Position numbers and translations under genes: made by a program. The notes below the pieces were generated by a model, which was not told the origin of the DNA, did not search any database, and worked only from the letters and a program-made list of their open reading frames with translations. Positions 12,879 to 23,548 of a stretch of DNA of 64,000 nucleotides are shown piece by piece (position 1 is the stretch's first letter; each line of letters opens with the position of its first letter). Location of the stretch: assembly GCA_035630115.1 (NCBI GenBank), contig DASQLG010000109.1, forward strand, positions 27,600 through 91,599. The letters are read 5' to 3'. The stretch is from Microbacterium sp. (GTDB lineage: Bacteria > Actinomycetota > Actinomycetes > Actinomycetales > Microbacteriaceae).

Positions 12879-14324
12879 ATGCGGAAGAACATGAGCGCAG
12901 GGTCGATTGTGCGGTCGATCATCGCCAGGGTGATCGTCTCGTCACTGCTGGCGGTGGCGCTGGTGAGCGTTCCCGCCGCCGCGCTGGCCGCGGACGGAGG
13001 GTACTACTCCGTCCCCTGGTCGCCTGACATCCGTGTCGTGGAGGGTGACCGAACCAGAGTCCTCACCTATGCGGAGTGGGTCGGGTTGGGTGAACCGTCC
13101 CCGACCCGCCCTCCGATCAGCTACGTCAAGGCAACCTGGTCGGCGACCGTGTTCGCGCAGATCGATTGGCCGAACGCCGCGACCGGGGGCGTTGTCGAAG
13201 AGACCCACCCGTTGACCTGGAACCAGTACGTCGCGGCGTGGCGACCGCCGGTGACCTACGTCGGGCACGTCAGGGGAACGCAGTACGTCCAGTGGTACTC
13301 GACATCCACCGAGATCCACGCGCGCACCCCCGAAGGAGCCGTTCACAAGCTCACGCACAGCGAATGGATCGCTGCAGGCAGGCCATCACCCGCGCGCGCC
13401 GATCGAGGGTACTACCGGGCGCCATGGTCGAACGTGATTCACGAAGTGACATCCGCGGGCGGCATCCGTCAGATCAGCTATCCCGAATGGGTGTCCGTCG
13501 GCACCCCCGCGCCCGCACTCACTCCGGTGTCGTACGTGAAGACGCCGTGGTCGCCCGCGATCTACGGGCTGATCACCTGGCCGATCGCGCCGGAGGACAG
13601 AAAGGTGGACCAGGTCGCGGCGATCACCTGGAGCGATTTCGTCGCCGCGGGGAGTCCGCGCTTCGACACCGTCGTCCGGATTCCGGGAGACGCCTTCGTG
13701 AAGTACACGATCGCCGACACCGTCTTCCACGTCGTGCAAGGGCTGGTCACGCCCCTCACCGCGAGCGATTGGAGCGCCGCCGGCAGCCCGTGGCCGTCCA
13801 CCATGACGGCCCCGTCCCCGGCGTACATCCGCGACACCCTCGTCGTGAACAAGTCGCTGCCGCTTCCGTGGTGGTACGGCGGGGGACTGACCCACCAGCT
13901 CACGGGAGCGTTCGACGCGATGCGCGGCGCGGCGGCCGGCGCAGGCCTGTCGATCTACATCGCATCCGGCTATCGCTCATACGCCAGCCAGACATCCGTC
14001 TATAACAGCTACGTGGCCCAGGACGGTCAGGCGCTCGCCGACACCTACTCCGCCAGGCCGGGTCACAGCGAGCATCAGACGGGACTGGCGATCGACCTCA
14101 ACAGCGTCCACGTGTCGTTCGCGAGCACACCGGAAGGCCGATGGGTCAGCGCGAACGCCCACCGCTTCGGTTTCATCGTCCGGTATCCCGCGGGCAAGGA
14201 GCACATCACCGGGTACACCTACGAACCATGGCACCTCCGCCATGTCGGGGTCCCGCTCGCCACTCATCTGTACGCCTCCAACCTCACGCTCGAGGAATAC
14301 ATGATGGTTCCCTCGCGGTACTGA
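12879..14324 (+). CDS. Secreted M15B (VanY/LdcB-like) metallopeptidase with six N-terminal ~40-aa repeats
   Basis: Signal peptide ending AAALA. C-terminal domain has SGYRSY, SARPGHSEHQTGLAID (SxHxxGxAxD) and YEPWH. Repeats end in L[TS]Y.EW...G.P.P. Confidence 0.88.
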   Translation: MRKNMSAGSIVRSIIARVIVSSLLAVALVSVPAAALAADGGYYSVPWSPDIRVVEGDRTRVLTYAEWVGLGEPSPTRPPISYVKATWSATVFAQIDWPNAATGGVVEETHPLTWNQYVAAWRPPVTYVGHVRGTQYVQWYSTSTEIHARTPEGAVHKLTHSEWIAAGRPSPARADRGYYRAPWSNVIHEVTSAGGIRQISYPEWVSVGTPAPALTPVSYVKTPWSPAIYGLITWPIAPEDRKVDQVAAITWSDFVAAGSPRFDTVVRIPGDAFVKYTIADTVFHVVQGLVTPLTASDWSAAGSPWPSTMTAPSPAYIRDTLVVNKSLPLPWWYGGGLTHQLTGAFDAMRGAAAGAGLSIYIASGYRSYASQTSVYNSYVAQDGQALADTYSARPGHSEHQTGLAIDLNSVHVSFASTPEGRWVSANAHRFGFIVRYPAGKEHITGYTYEPWHLRHVGVPLATHLYASNLTLEEYMMVPSRY

Positions 14325-14337
14325 GGAAGGGAGCGGG

Positions 14338-15168
14338 TCAGCGCATCCGCTTCTTAAGCACCCAGTAAGACGCCCGGCGCGCGTGGGCCATGAGGGTCGC
14401 GCGCGCGTCGCCGCGCGCCACATCTGCGGCGGAGAGGACCTCCGGGTGATGTGTTCGTACCCACCGATGGAACCCGCGGGCCTGCGCAGCCTGCTCCCGG
14501 CTGAGCGCGACGCTCCACTGGGACGCCGACATGCGGAACGTCGCGCCCACCTGAACGTCGGGAGCGAACTCTCCGAGCAGCAGAACGCGACTGTAGGTGG
14601 CCTGGTCGATGAGATAGGGGAAGTCGGCGAACCAGCCGCCGGTGGCCTCCAGGGCGTCGCGTCGCAGAGTGACCGAAGCCGGCTCTCCGAAGAGGTTGGA
14701 GCCGGCCACGACGGCCTTCCGCACCGCGTCGGCCCCCGGCATCCGCTCACCGAGTCCGCGCAGTCCCCAACCGCGCTTGAGCACGGAACCCTCCGCGTCG
14801 ATGATGTCGCGTCGACACGCGGTCAGCACCGCACCCGTGGATCGGAGTATTCCGACCTGACGGGCCAGCACGCCCGAGCGCAGGACGTCATCGCCGCATA
14901 CGAGCTTGAGGAATTCGCCTGTCGCCGCCGAGGTGACGCGGTTCCAGTTGCGAGCCGCGCCGCCGCCGGGCGCGGTGTCCAGGAGGATGATCCGCTCATC
15001 TCCGGCGAAGCGCTCCATCACCTCTCGGGTGTCGTCTCCTGACCCATGGTCGGCGACGATCACCTCGAAATCGGTCCCCCGTTGCTCGAGGATGGAGTCG
15101 AGGGTCGCGGCCAGGGTCTTGCCGTTGTTGTACGCCGGCACGACAACGCTGAGCGAGGGACGGGTCAC
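14338..15168 (-). CDS. GT2 family glycosyltransferase
   Basis: LSVVVPAYN, VADHGSGD, GAARNWN, LVCGDD, GEPASV; GTG start at 15168 after AAAGGA. Confidence 0.9.
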   Translation of the reverse strand: MTRPSLSVVVPAYNNGKTLAATLDSILEQRGTDFEVIVADHGSGDDTREVMERFAGDERIILLDTAPGGGAARNWNRVTSAATGEFLKLVCGDDVLRSGVLARQVGILRSTGAVLTACRRDIIDAEGSVLKRGWGLRGLGERMPGADAVRKAVVAGSNLFGEPASVTLRRDALEATGGWFADFPYLIDQATYSRVLLLGEFAPDVQVGATFRMSASQWSVALSREQAAQARGFHRWVRTHHPEVLSAADVARGDARATLMAHARRASYWVLKKRMR

Positions 15169-15326
15169 GTTCGGGGGTTCCTTTCGAGCGGATACGACCT
15201 CCTCGCGGACATCGCCCGGATGTCCAGCCACAGCGGCCGACCCGCCGATACACTAGCGCACCGCGTCTGAGCCGAGGCTGGGCAGCTGTCGGAATGCGGT
15301 CATGGACGCGGTGTATCGTGGTCGCG

Positions 15327-15833
15327 ATGCGAGACCTGATTGCCGTGGTCACCAAGCGACCCGAAGTGCGCTATCTGGTCGTCGGCGGCCTCAACACCGC
15401 GTTCTCCTACGGGCTGTTCACGGTTGCGCTTCTCCTGCTGCACTCGTGGCAGGTGCCGGCCGATTACGCGATCGCCATCACCTTCAGCTGGATCGTCTCG
15501 AATCTGACGTCCTTCGTCCTGCAGCGCCGCTTCGTCTTTCGCGGCACGGGCAACCCGGTCCGCGAGTTCATCAAGTTCACCTCCGTCACGTTCGGATCGT
15601 TCCTGGCCAACTTGGGATTGAGCTGGTTCTCCGCGGAGATCCTCGGCTTCGACTCGGCGATCGAGAAGCTGGTCAGCCAACTCGTGGTCACCGTCATCCT
15701 CGTGATCGTCACCTACGTCCTCCACAAGTCGTTCTCATTCCGCAAGGCCGGCGCGGAGCCGGCGGGCATGGGTGCGGTCGAGGAGGTTCCGCTGCCTGCC
15801 GAGTCCAGAGAGTCTCCGCACTCGGCACCCTGA
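15327..15833 (+). CDS. GtrA-family flippase-like protein
   Basis: RYLVVGGLNT, SFVLQRRFVF, four TMs, HKSFSF; TATCGT 7 nt before the ATG. Confidence 0.9.
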   Translation: MRDLIAVVTKRPEVRYLVVGGLNTAFSYGLFTVALLLLHSWQVPADYAIAITFSWIVSNLTSFVLQRRFVFRGTGNPVREFIKFTSVTFGSFLANLGLSWFSAEILGFDSAIEKLVSQLVVTVILVIVTYVLHKSFSFRKAGAEPAGMGAVEEVPLPAESRESPHSAP

Positions 15834-15848
15834 ATCGCGTCCCGTTAG

Positions 15849-17054
<1,206 letters not shown>

Positions 17055-17084
17055 TTCCGCACGATCCTCGCCCAGACGGTACGA

Positions 17085-19178
17085 CTACGACGTCGACAGC
17101 GCCAGCCGGTCGGCCAGGATCCCCACCAGGCTCAGTGCGAACGATCGGGTCAGGTGATTGTCGTCGGAGTAGACGACGAGTCCGCCGATCCGTGTGAGGC
17201 AGCGATCCTGCGTGCAGAACGCGTCGTCCACATCGACCACCTCGACTCCACTCGTCGCGGCGGCCGCCGACATCGGATCGGCGAATCGCGCATCCGAGCT
17301 CGGGAGAGTGCAGTCCTCCGGCGCCGAGGCCTGGGAAAGGCAGTCGGCCGCGCTTGCGCTGCCCTGCGGGGGGATCGCGTTCATCTCCGGTGGGTCTTTG
17401 AGCACGATGACACGCTTGCCCGCTGCCTGAAGACGCCCGATGCTGTCATCGACCATTTGGGCGGTGAGCGGGTGGTACGCCTGTTCGTCGGTGATGTAGA
17501 GCCGCGTGCGGTTCGTCAGGATCACTGTGTCGATGTCGGGGTCGCCGGCGACGGCATCGTGGATCCGGGTGGTCACGTCAAGGCACTGCGCCGCGTAGAC
17601 GTCCTCGAAACCCCACGCGCTGCCGGTGAGCTCGCGCGCCATCATCGAGCAGCCTGCCACCAGATACGTGCTGAGACTTCCGCCCTCGGCCAGCGTCACC
17701 TCACGGAGCGCTTCGGTGATGCGGGTGGCATGCGAGTCGCCGATCAGCGCGACGTGCGGACCTGGACCGGCAAGGTCGCCGAAGTCGCATCGGCGGAAGT
17801 CGCCGGCGGTCGTGGGCAGCTCGCACGCGCGGATGTCCTCGGGCGGCACATCGATCGCGAAGGACGACAGCCTTGCCGTCAGGGGGATCTCTCCGGCCGG
17901 TCCGCACGTGGTGTCGACCATCGCATTCGCCCCATAGCAGTCCGGCATCGCACCCGGTACGGAGGGCGGGGTCACACGGTAGGTCGCCAAGGGCAGGGCT
18001 GCGGCGACGACGATCGCCATGGCGATCGCGGCGCCGATGAAGGACCAGCGCGTTCTCGTGCCGCTCACGAGGCTGTGGGTTCTGACCGGATCCTCGATGA
18101 AGATCTTGGAGGCCCAGCCCAGTGCGACGGAGGCGAGCAGCACGCCGATCAGGACGGGTGTCGTGAGGGGGACGCCGAGCGCGTAAGGGAGGAGGACGAT
18201 GAGCGGCCAGTGCCACAGGTAGGTGCCGTACGACACATCGCCGATGAACTGGACCGGGCGAAGGGAGAACAGACGGGTCGGCGCGAGACGCTGCGCCGGC
18301 GAGCCGCAGGCGATCACGAGCGTCGTGCCGACGACGGGCAGAAGCGCCGTGTAGCCGGGGAAGGGAGTGGAAGCAGTGAATGCGATCATCGCCGCGGCGA
18401 TCATCGCGAAGCCCGACCAGGAGCCCACCACGGCCAGCCAGTTCGGGAACGGTCGCGCGAACCGGCGCAGGAGGAGCGCGAGGAGCGCGCCGAATCCGAA
18501 CTCCCACGCACGGGTGAAAGTGGAGAAGTAGGCCACCGACGGCTGGGCGAACGTCGCGTAGATCGAGAACGCGAGACTGAGGACCGTCACCACGCTCAGC
18601 ACCACCCAGAACGCCCGCTCGGGTGCCGATCTCATCCGGGCGGCGAGTGCGATCGCCAAGAGGATCAGCAGCGGCCATACGACGTAGAACTGCTCCTCGA
18701 CGCCCAGACTCCAGAAATGCTGGACGGGTGACTTGGCGTTGGACAGTGCCATGTAGTCCACGGACTGTGCGGCGAGTGCCCAGTTCTCGACGTACAGTGC
18801 GGACGCGATGACCTCCGAGCCGAACTGCGCCCATCGGCTGTCGGGAACCCACACCCACACCGCGATGGTGGTGACCAGCAGCACGAGCAGCGATGCGGGG
18901 AGGAGCCGTCGAACGCGGCGCGCCCAGAATCGCAGCAGCCCGATGCCTCCGGTCCGGTAATACTCGCGGAGCAGGTGGTCGGAGATGAGGTAGCCCGACA
19001 CGACGAAGAAGACGTCGACGCCGACGAATCCACCGGGGAGCCGATTCGGCCAGAGGTGATAGACGAGCACACCGAGCACGGCCAAAGCGCGAAGCGCCTG
19101 GATCTCCTTGCGCACGCCGGATGCCGCCCGCGTGGAGGCGGTGCGATCGGGGATGGCGGCAGCGGTGGTGGTGGTCAC
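17085..19178 (-). CDS. OatA/OafA-like O-acyltransferase (Acyl_transf_3 plus SGNH domain)
   Basis: EIQALRALAV, GGFVGVDVFFVVSGYLI, HFWSLGVEEQFY, SYGTYLWHWP; C-terminal GDSHA and DDNH motifs. Confidence 0.93.
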   Translation of the reverse strand: MTTTTAAAIPDRTASTRAASGVRKEIQALRALAVLGVLVYHLWPNRLPGGFVGVDVFFVVSGYLISDHLLREYYRTGGIGLLRFWARRVRRLLPASLLVLLVTTIAVWVWVPDSRWAQFGSEVIASALYVENWALAAQSVDYMALSNAKSPVQHFWSLGVEEQFYVVWPLLILLAIALAARMRSAPERAFWVVLSVVTVLSLAFSIYATFAQPSVAYFSTFTRAWEFGFGALLALLLRRFARPFPNWLAVVGSWSGFAMIAAAMIAFTASTPFPGYTALLPVVGTTLVIACGSPAQRLAPTRLFSLRPVQFIGDVSYGTYLWHWPLIVLLPYALGVPLTTPVLIGVLLASVALGWASKIFIEDPVRTHSLVSGTRTRWSFIGAAIAMAIVVAAALPLATYRVTPPSVPGAMPDCYGANAMVDTTCGPAGEIPLTARLSSFAIDVPPEDIRACELPTTAGDFRRCDFGDLAGPGPHVALIGDSHATRITEALREVTLAEGGSLSTYLVAGCSMMARELTGSAWGFEDVYAAQCLDVTTRIHDAVAGDPDIDTVILTNRTRLYITDEQAYHPLTAQMVDDSIGRLQAAGKRVIVLKDPPEMNAIPPQGSASAADCLSQASAPEDCTLPSSDARFADPMSAAAATSGVEVVDVDDAFCTQDRCLTRIGGLVVYSDDNHLTRSFALSLVGILADRLALSTS

Positions 19179-19360
19179 GAGTTCTCGGGGTCCGGCGGGC
19201 CGGTCCAGAGTACAGGGCAGCGGCTGGGATGCCGCTGAGCGACGGACGGCGGTGGGTCACCGTTCGGCAACGGTATCCGTTCGACGCCCTCGCTCGCGCG
19301 GGAGGACGATTCGGGTGTGTGAGGATATCGTCCGTGCGTTCGGACAGGGTAGGGGAATCG

Positions 19361-20239
19361 ATGACGAAGACGTGGCTTTCCGGCCAGAGGCGCATCGCGG
19401 TCATGGCCGCGGTGACGGCGCTGATGGGAGTCCTGATCCCGACGGGGGCAGCGGTCGCGGAGGATGTTCCGCCCGTGATGTACGAGCGGACCGCCTATGA
19501 CGGCACGATCTGGGAGGTCACGGCCACGGGCGCCTACGCCCTGTCGTACTCGGAGTGGTCGTCGCGGGACTTCCCGGCTTTCACCGACGCCGATACGGAA
19601 TACGTCCGTGCCGCACCGTTCAACACCGTCTACGCGATCACGACCTTCGAGCTCGCGCAGACGGAGTGGACCGATCACATCGACTACGCGCAGTACGTCG
19701 CGGCGGGTCAGCCACGCCCGACGGTCGTGCCGTGGGTGGAGGGGATCGAGGTCCACAAGTGGCCGACCTCTTCTGAGCTGTTCGGCACCGACTCCGCGGG
19801 CGCGACCGTCAGGCTGAGCTACGCGCAATGGAGCGCGGCAGGTTTCCCCGCGTTCCACGCGCGGGAGAACCGAGGGTTCGTCGCCATGACGTGGGACGGC
19901 TCCGGAGCCATCGCCTACATGTGCGATCTGGCCGCCGGGCGTGGTGGTCGCCTGACGTACGACCAGTGGCGCTCGATCGGCTCCCCGACTCCGCTCCGAG
20001 TGAACCGGACGGCATCCGACTTCGTGTTCAAAGTCCCGGGATCCGTGATTCCGACGGTCTACTACTCCGGACCCGTCATCAGTCCGTATGCGCCCGCACC
20101 GGGCCCCGTCGGGCTGGGCGTACGCCCCCTGACGTACACGGAGTGGCAGGGTATGGGATCGCCCGTTCCGCTGATCACGAACACCACCTACCCGGGGAAC
20201 TGGTACTGCTCGGGGTCCCACCCCGGCCCGCAGGAGTGA
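19361..20239 (+). CDS. Secreted protein made almost entirely of about 5 ~40-50-aa repeats
   Basis: ATG at 19361 after AGGGGA; signal peptide ending AAVA; repeats ending LSYSEW..RDFP, IDYAQYVAAGQPRP, LSYAQWSAAGFP, LTYDQWRSIGSPTP and LTYTEWQGMGSPVP. Confidence 0.8.
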   Translation: MTKTWLSGQRRIAVMAAVTALMGVLIPTGAAVAEDVPPVMYERTAYDGTIWEVTATGAYALSYSEWSSRDFPAFTDADTEYVRAAPFNTVYAITTFELAQTEWTDHIDYAQYVAAGQPRPTVVPWVEGIEVHKWPTSSELFGTDSAGATVRLSYAQWSAAGFPAFHARENRGFVAMTWDGSGAIAYMCDLAAGRGGRLTYDQWRSIGSPTPLRVNRTASDFVFKVPGSVIPTVYYSGPVISPYAPAPGPVGLGVRPLTYTEWQGMGSPVPLITNTTYPGNWYCSGSHPGPQE

Positions 20240-20287
20240 GCGTCCTGTCGCGACGCGGGGCTGCGGCCCGCCCATAGACTCGTCTGC

Positions 20288-21079
20288 GTGACCACAGCCG
20301 CCGTCGGCGCCTCCGGATCGCCCCGGCGCTACCTGCACTCGCTGTGGCTCCTGTCCGCGCGCGACCTCCGCGTCCGGTACGCGACGAGTGCTCTCGGCTA
20401 CCTGTGGTCGGTCCTGGACCCGCTCGTGATGAGCCTGATCTACTGGTTCGTCTTCACACAGGTCTTCGGACGCGGCGTCGGCGAGGAGCCGTATATCGTG
20501 TTCCTCATCACGGCGCTGCTTCCGTGGGTCTGGTTCAACGCAGCGGTCTCCGACTTCACACGCGCGTTCAACAAGGACGCCCGGCTGGTGCGCTCGACGG
20601 CGATTCCGCGATCGATCTGGGTCAACCGCATCGTCCTGAGCAAGGGCGTGGAGTTCCTGTTCTCCGTCCCGGTGCTCGTGCTGTTCGCGATCATCTCCGG
20701 CGCCACGCTGGGCTGGGGCATCCTCTGGTTCCCGGTTGCGGTGCTCCTGCAGACCGTGCTGCTGGTCGGGCTCGGGCTCCTGGTCGCTCCGCTGTGCGTG
20801 CTCTACACCGATCTGGAGCGCACCACGAAGCTCATCCTGCGCGCGCTCTTCTACGCGTCGCCGATCATCTACGGGGTCTCCGACCTGCCCGCGCCGTTTC
20901 CGGAGATCGCGGCATTCAACCCCCTGGCGGGCATCTTCACGCTCTACCGCGTCGGGTTCTTCCCGGATCAGTGGGACACCCTCAGCGTCGTGGTCGGCGC
21001 CGTGATGAGCTTCGTCTTCCTCGGCCTCGGCATCCTGGTGTTCCGCCGCCTGGAGCGTCCCGTGCTGAAGGAGCTGTGA
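20288..21079 (+). CDS. wzm: Polysaccharide ABC transporter permease (Wzm/TagG type)
   Basis: RDLRVRYATSALGYLWSVLDPL, FYASPIIY, NPL; six TMs. Confidence 0.92.
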   Translation: MTTAAVGASGSPRRYLHSLWLLSARDLRVRYATSALGYLWSVLDPLVMSLIYWFVFTQVFGRGVGEEPYIVFLITALLPWVWFNAAVSDFTRAFNKDARLVRSTAIPRSIWVNRIVLSKGVEFLFSVPVLVLFAIISGATLGWGILWFPVAVLLQTVLLVGLGLLVAPLCVLYTDLERTTKLILRALFYASPIIYGVSDLPAPFPEIAAFNPLAGIFTLYRVGFFPDQWDTLSVVVGAVMSFVFLGLGILVFRRLERPVLKEL

Positions 21080-21819
21080 TGCCCGACCTCGCGATCGAAG
21101 TACGCGACCTCGGCGTGCGATTCCGACGCAACCGTCGAGGGCGGCGCAGCTTCAAGGATCTGTTCTCAGACTCTTCCCGTCGGTCCAAGCCCGGTGAGTT
21201 CTGGGCGCTCCGCAACGTCGCCTTCGATGTGCAACCCGGCGAGTCGATCGGCGTCGTGGGACGCAACGGCCAGGGCAAGTCCACGCTCCTGAAGCTGGTC
21301 GCCGGCGTTCTCCTGCCGGACGAGGGGTCGGTGACCGTCCACGGCGGTGTCGCACCCCTCATCGAGATCACCGGCGGCTTCGTCGGGGACCTGACCGTTC
21401 GTGAGAACGTGCGGCTGACGGCGGGACTGCACGGGATGTCGCGCGCCGAGGTCTCACGGCGATTCGACGGGATCATCGATTTCGCCGAGCTGCACGACTC
21501 GATCGACACGCCCTACAAGCACCTCTCCAACGGCATGAAGGTGCGGCTGGCGTTCTCGGTCGTCTCGCAGCTCGAGGAGCCGATCCTGCTCGTCGATGAG
21601 GTGCTCGCGGTCGGCGACAAGGCATTCCGGGAGAAGTGCTACACGCGGATCGACGAACTCCTCGCCGACGGCCGGACGCTGTTCTTCGTCAGCCACAACG
21701 AGAAGGATCTGCGCCGCTTCTGCACGCGCGGCCTCTACCTCGACAAGGGCAGACTCGCGATGGATGCTCCGATCGCAGACGTGCTCGATCGCTACAACGC
21801 GGACTACAACGGCGGATGA
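21079..21819 (+). CDS. wzt: Polysaccharide ABC transporter ATPase (Wzt/TagH type, no C-terminal binding domain)
   Basis: FWALRNV, GRNGQGKST, LSNGMKVRLAF, LLVDEVLAVGD, FVSH; TGATG overlap with wzm. Confidence 0.93.
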   Translation: MPDLAIEVRDLGVRFRRNRRGRRSFKDLFSDSSRRSKPGEFWALRNVAFDVQPGESIGVVGRNGQGKSTLLKLVAGVLLPDEGSVTVHGGVAPLIEITGGFVGDLTVRENVRLTAGLHGMSRAEVSRRFDGIIDFAELHDSIDTPYKHLSNGMKVRLAFSVVSQLEEPILLVDEVLAVGDKAFREKCYTRIDELLADGRTLFFVSHNEKDLRRFCTRGLYLDKGRLAMDAPIADVLDRYNADYNGG

Positions 21820-21847
21820 GCCGGCGCTCTAACGAGCGCTGGCCGGG

Positions 21848-23491
21848 TCACCCCGCAAGCCGGTAGAGCACGATGTCCGGGCCCACCAGCCCACCGGCGG
21901 CGAGCTCGATCAGGTACCCGACCGATCCGATGAGGCGATCGATGACCCACGGACCCGGGGGAGCTTCCCCGACAGAGTCCCACGTCGTCTCGACGGGAAG
22001 CGTCTCGGCGATCGTGGTATAGAGGAGCTGCTCTTCGGGACGTCGGGAATCCGCCAGGTATCGATCGACCATGTTGGACGAGGTCAGCACGTACTCGAGG
22101 CGCCGGTCGGGGTTGCGCGGCACGACGGCGTCGTCGCGGACCGTCAGGTCTTGGATCACGGAGCCGGGCCCGCTCGGGTTGATCGGCGTGTAGCCGTCGA
22201 AGGCGGTGTTCTCGATGGTCGCGCCGAGATCGGCGATACCGCGGGTCGAGGCCACGCGGGTGTCCTCGGCCTGCGCGTAGGCCAGCTGCATGCACGAGCC
22301 GAGAATGAGAGACAGCACGGTGAGGGAGGCGACCACCGCCACGGTCCAGCGAACGACGGTGCGGCTGCGACCCAGGCGACCGGACGCGGCCCATGCTCCG
22401 TAGAAGCCCAGACCGGCCAGGAGCACCACGCTCAGATACATGGGAAGTCCCCACCTGTCCCAATGCAGAGCGAGTGAGCTGAGCGCGAGCCAGTACACGC
22501 CGCCGAGGAGCAGCGGCACGGCATCCTCGCGTCTGGCCAGGATGGCCCAGACGATCCCGACCGCAGCGAACGCGACCATCGTAACGCCGCCGTGGCTGAG
22601 GAACTGGGTCGCGTAGAACCCGAGATTGCCCGCCCCGTTCAAGCCGCTCGCCCCGAGGTGCTGGTCGGAGTTCTGCGCGGAGAGCTGCCGGACGACTTCT
22701 GCCCCGTTCGTGAACAGGACCGGGGAGAGAAGGAACGTCATGGCCACGACCATGCCCGCGGATGCGGCGCCGCGGATCGCGATGCGCCACGGCCGGCGCG
22801 TCGTGGCCGCGTCGATGATCACCGCCGCCGCCACCATGATCGAGCCGAGCGCCGCGGGGTACTTCACGGTGATGCCGAGTGCGACCCCGGCGCACGCGAG
22901 CACGAGCACCCACCACGATCCGCCGCGGATGTACAGGACACAGCCGAGGATCACCACCATCACGGTGAAGGTCAGGGGGATATCCGGGGTGGCGTACCGC
23001 GAGTGTTCGACGAACGGGGGGAAGACGGCGACCGCCACCGCCATCCACAAGCCGGCCGGGCGACTGAAGGGCCGACCGATCAGGTAGGCGAGCACGATCA
23101 TGCCCGAGCCGAAGAGCGCGACGATTCCGCGGGAGATGGCATAGAACGGTGCGGGATCTGCGGCGAAGAGTGCGAGGGGCGAGGCGCCGTTGAAGACGTG
23201 AGCCCACACCTGGTAGGCGAGCGAACCGAGCTGGATCTCGAGGTGATCCGGGCGCATGAAGAACGCGGGCTCGAAGGAGTTCCTCCGGATCATGTCGATC
23301 GCGTTGTCGACGATCACCGCCTCGTCCCCGTGCAGGAGCATGGGCAGACCCCACATGATGCCCGCGAAGCGAAGGATCGAGCCGATGACGATGGTCGCGA
23401 GCAGTGCGAAGGTCACCGCGTCCCAGCGCATACGTGGCACGCGGTGCACCGACGCGGCGGGGTGTTCTGTCATCAGAGCGGGTCGGCTCAT
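21848..23491 (-). CDS. GT-C glycosyltransferase (PMT/ArnT-like)
   Basis: LRF...WGLP..LHGDE in the first loop, SRYATPD, VKYPA, multiple TMs, C-terminal external domain. Confidence 0.8.
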   Translation of the reverse strand: MSRPALMTEHPAASVHRVPRMRWDAVTFALLATIVIGSILRFAGIMWGLPMLLHGDEAVIVDNAIDMIRRNSFEPAFFMRPDHLEIQLGSLAYQVWAHVFNGASPLALFAADPAPFYAISRGIVALFGSGMIVLAYLIGRPFSRPAGLWMAVAVAVFPPFVEHSRYATPDIPLTFTVMVVILGCVLYIRGGSWWVLVLACAGVALGITVKYPAALGSIMVAAAVIIDAATTRRPWRIAIRGAASAGMVVAMTFLLSPVLFTNGAEVVRQLSAQNSDQHLGASGLNGAGNLGFYATQFLSHGGVTMVAFAAVGIVWAILARREDAVPLLLGGVYWLALSSLALHWDRWGLPMYLSVVLLAGLGFYGAWAASGRLGRSRTVVRWTVAVVASLTVLSLILGSCMQLAYAQAEDTRVASTRGIADLGATIENTAFDGYTPINPSGPGSVIQDLTVRDDAVVPRNPDRRLEYVLTSSNMVDRYLADSRRPEEQLLYTTIAETLPVETTWDSVGEAPPGPWVIDRLIGSVGYLIELAAGGLVGPDIVLYRLAG

Positions 23492-23548
23492 GGTGAGGTG
23501 GACGTCACTCCGGTTCCGGGCGAGCGGGGAAGGGAGTGGGCGTGCCGC

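Noticed and set aside
13830-14324. VanY-like domain as a glycopeptide resistance determinant
   Set aside because: No vanHAX or vanRS nearby; the context is wall polysaccharide synthesis.
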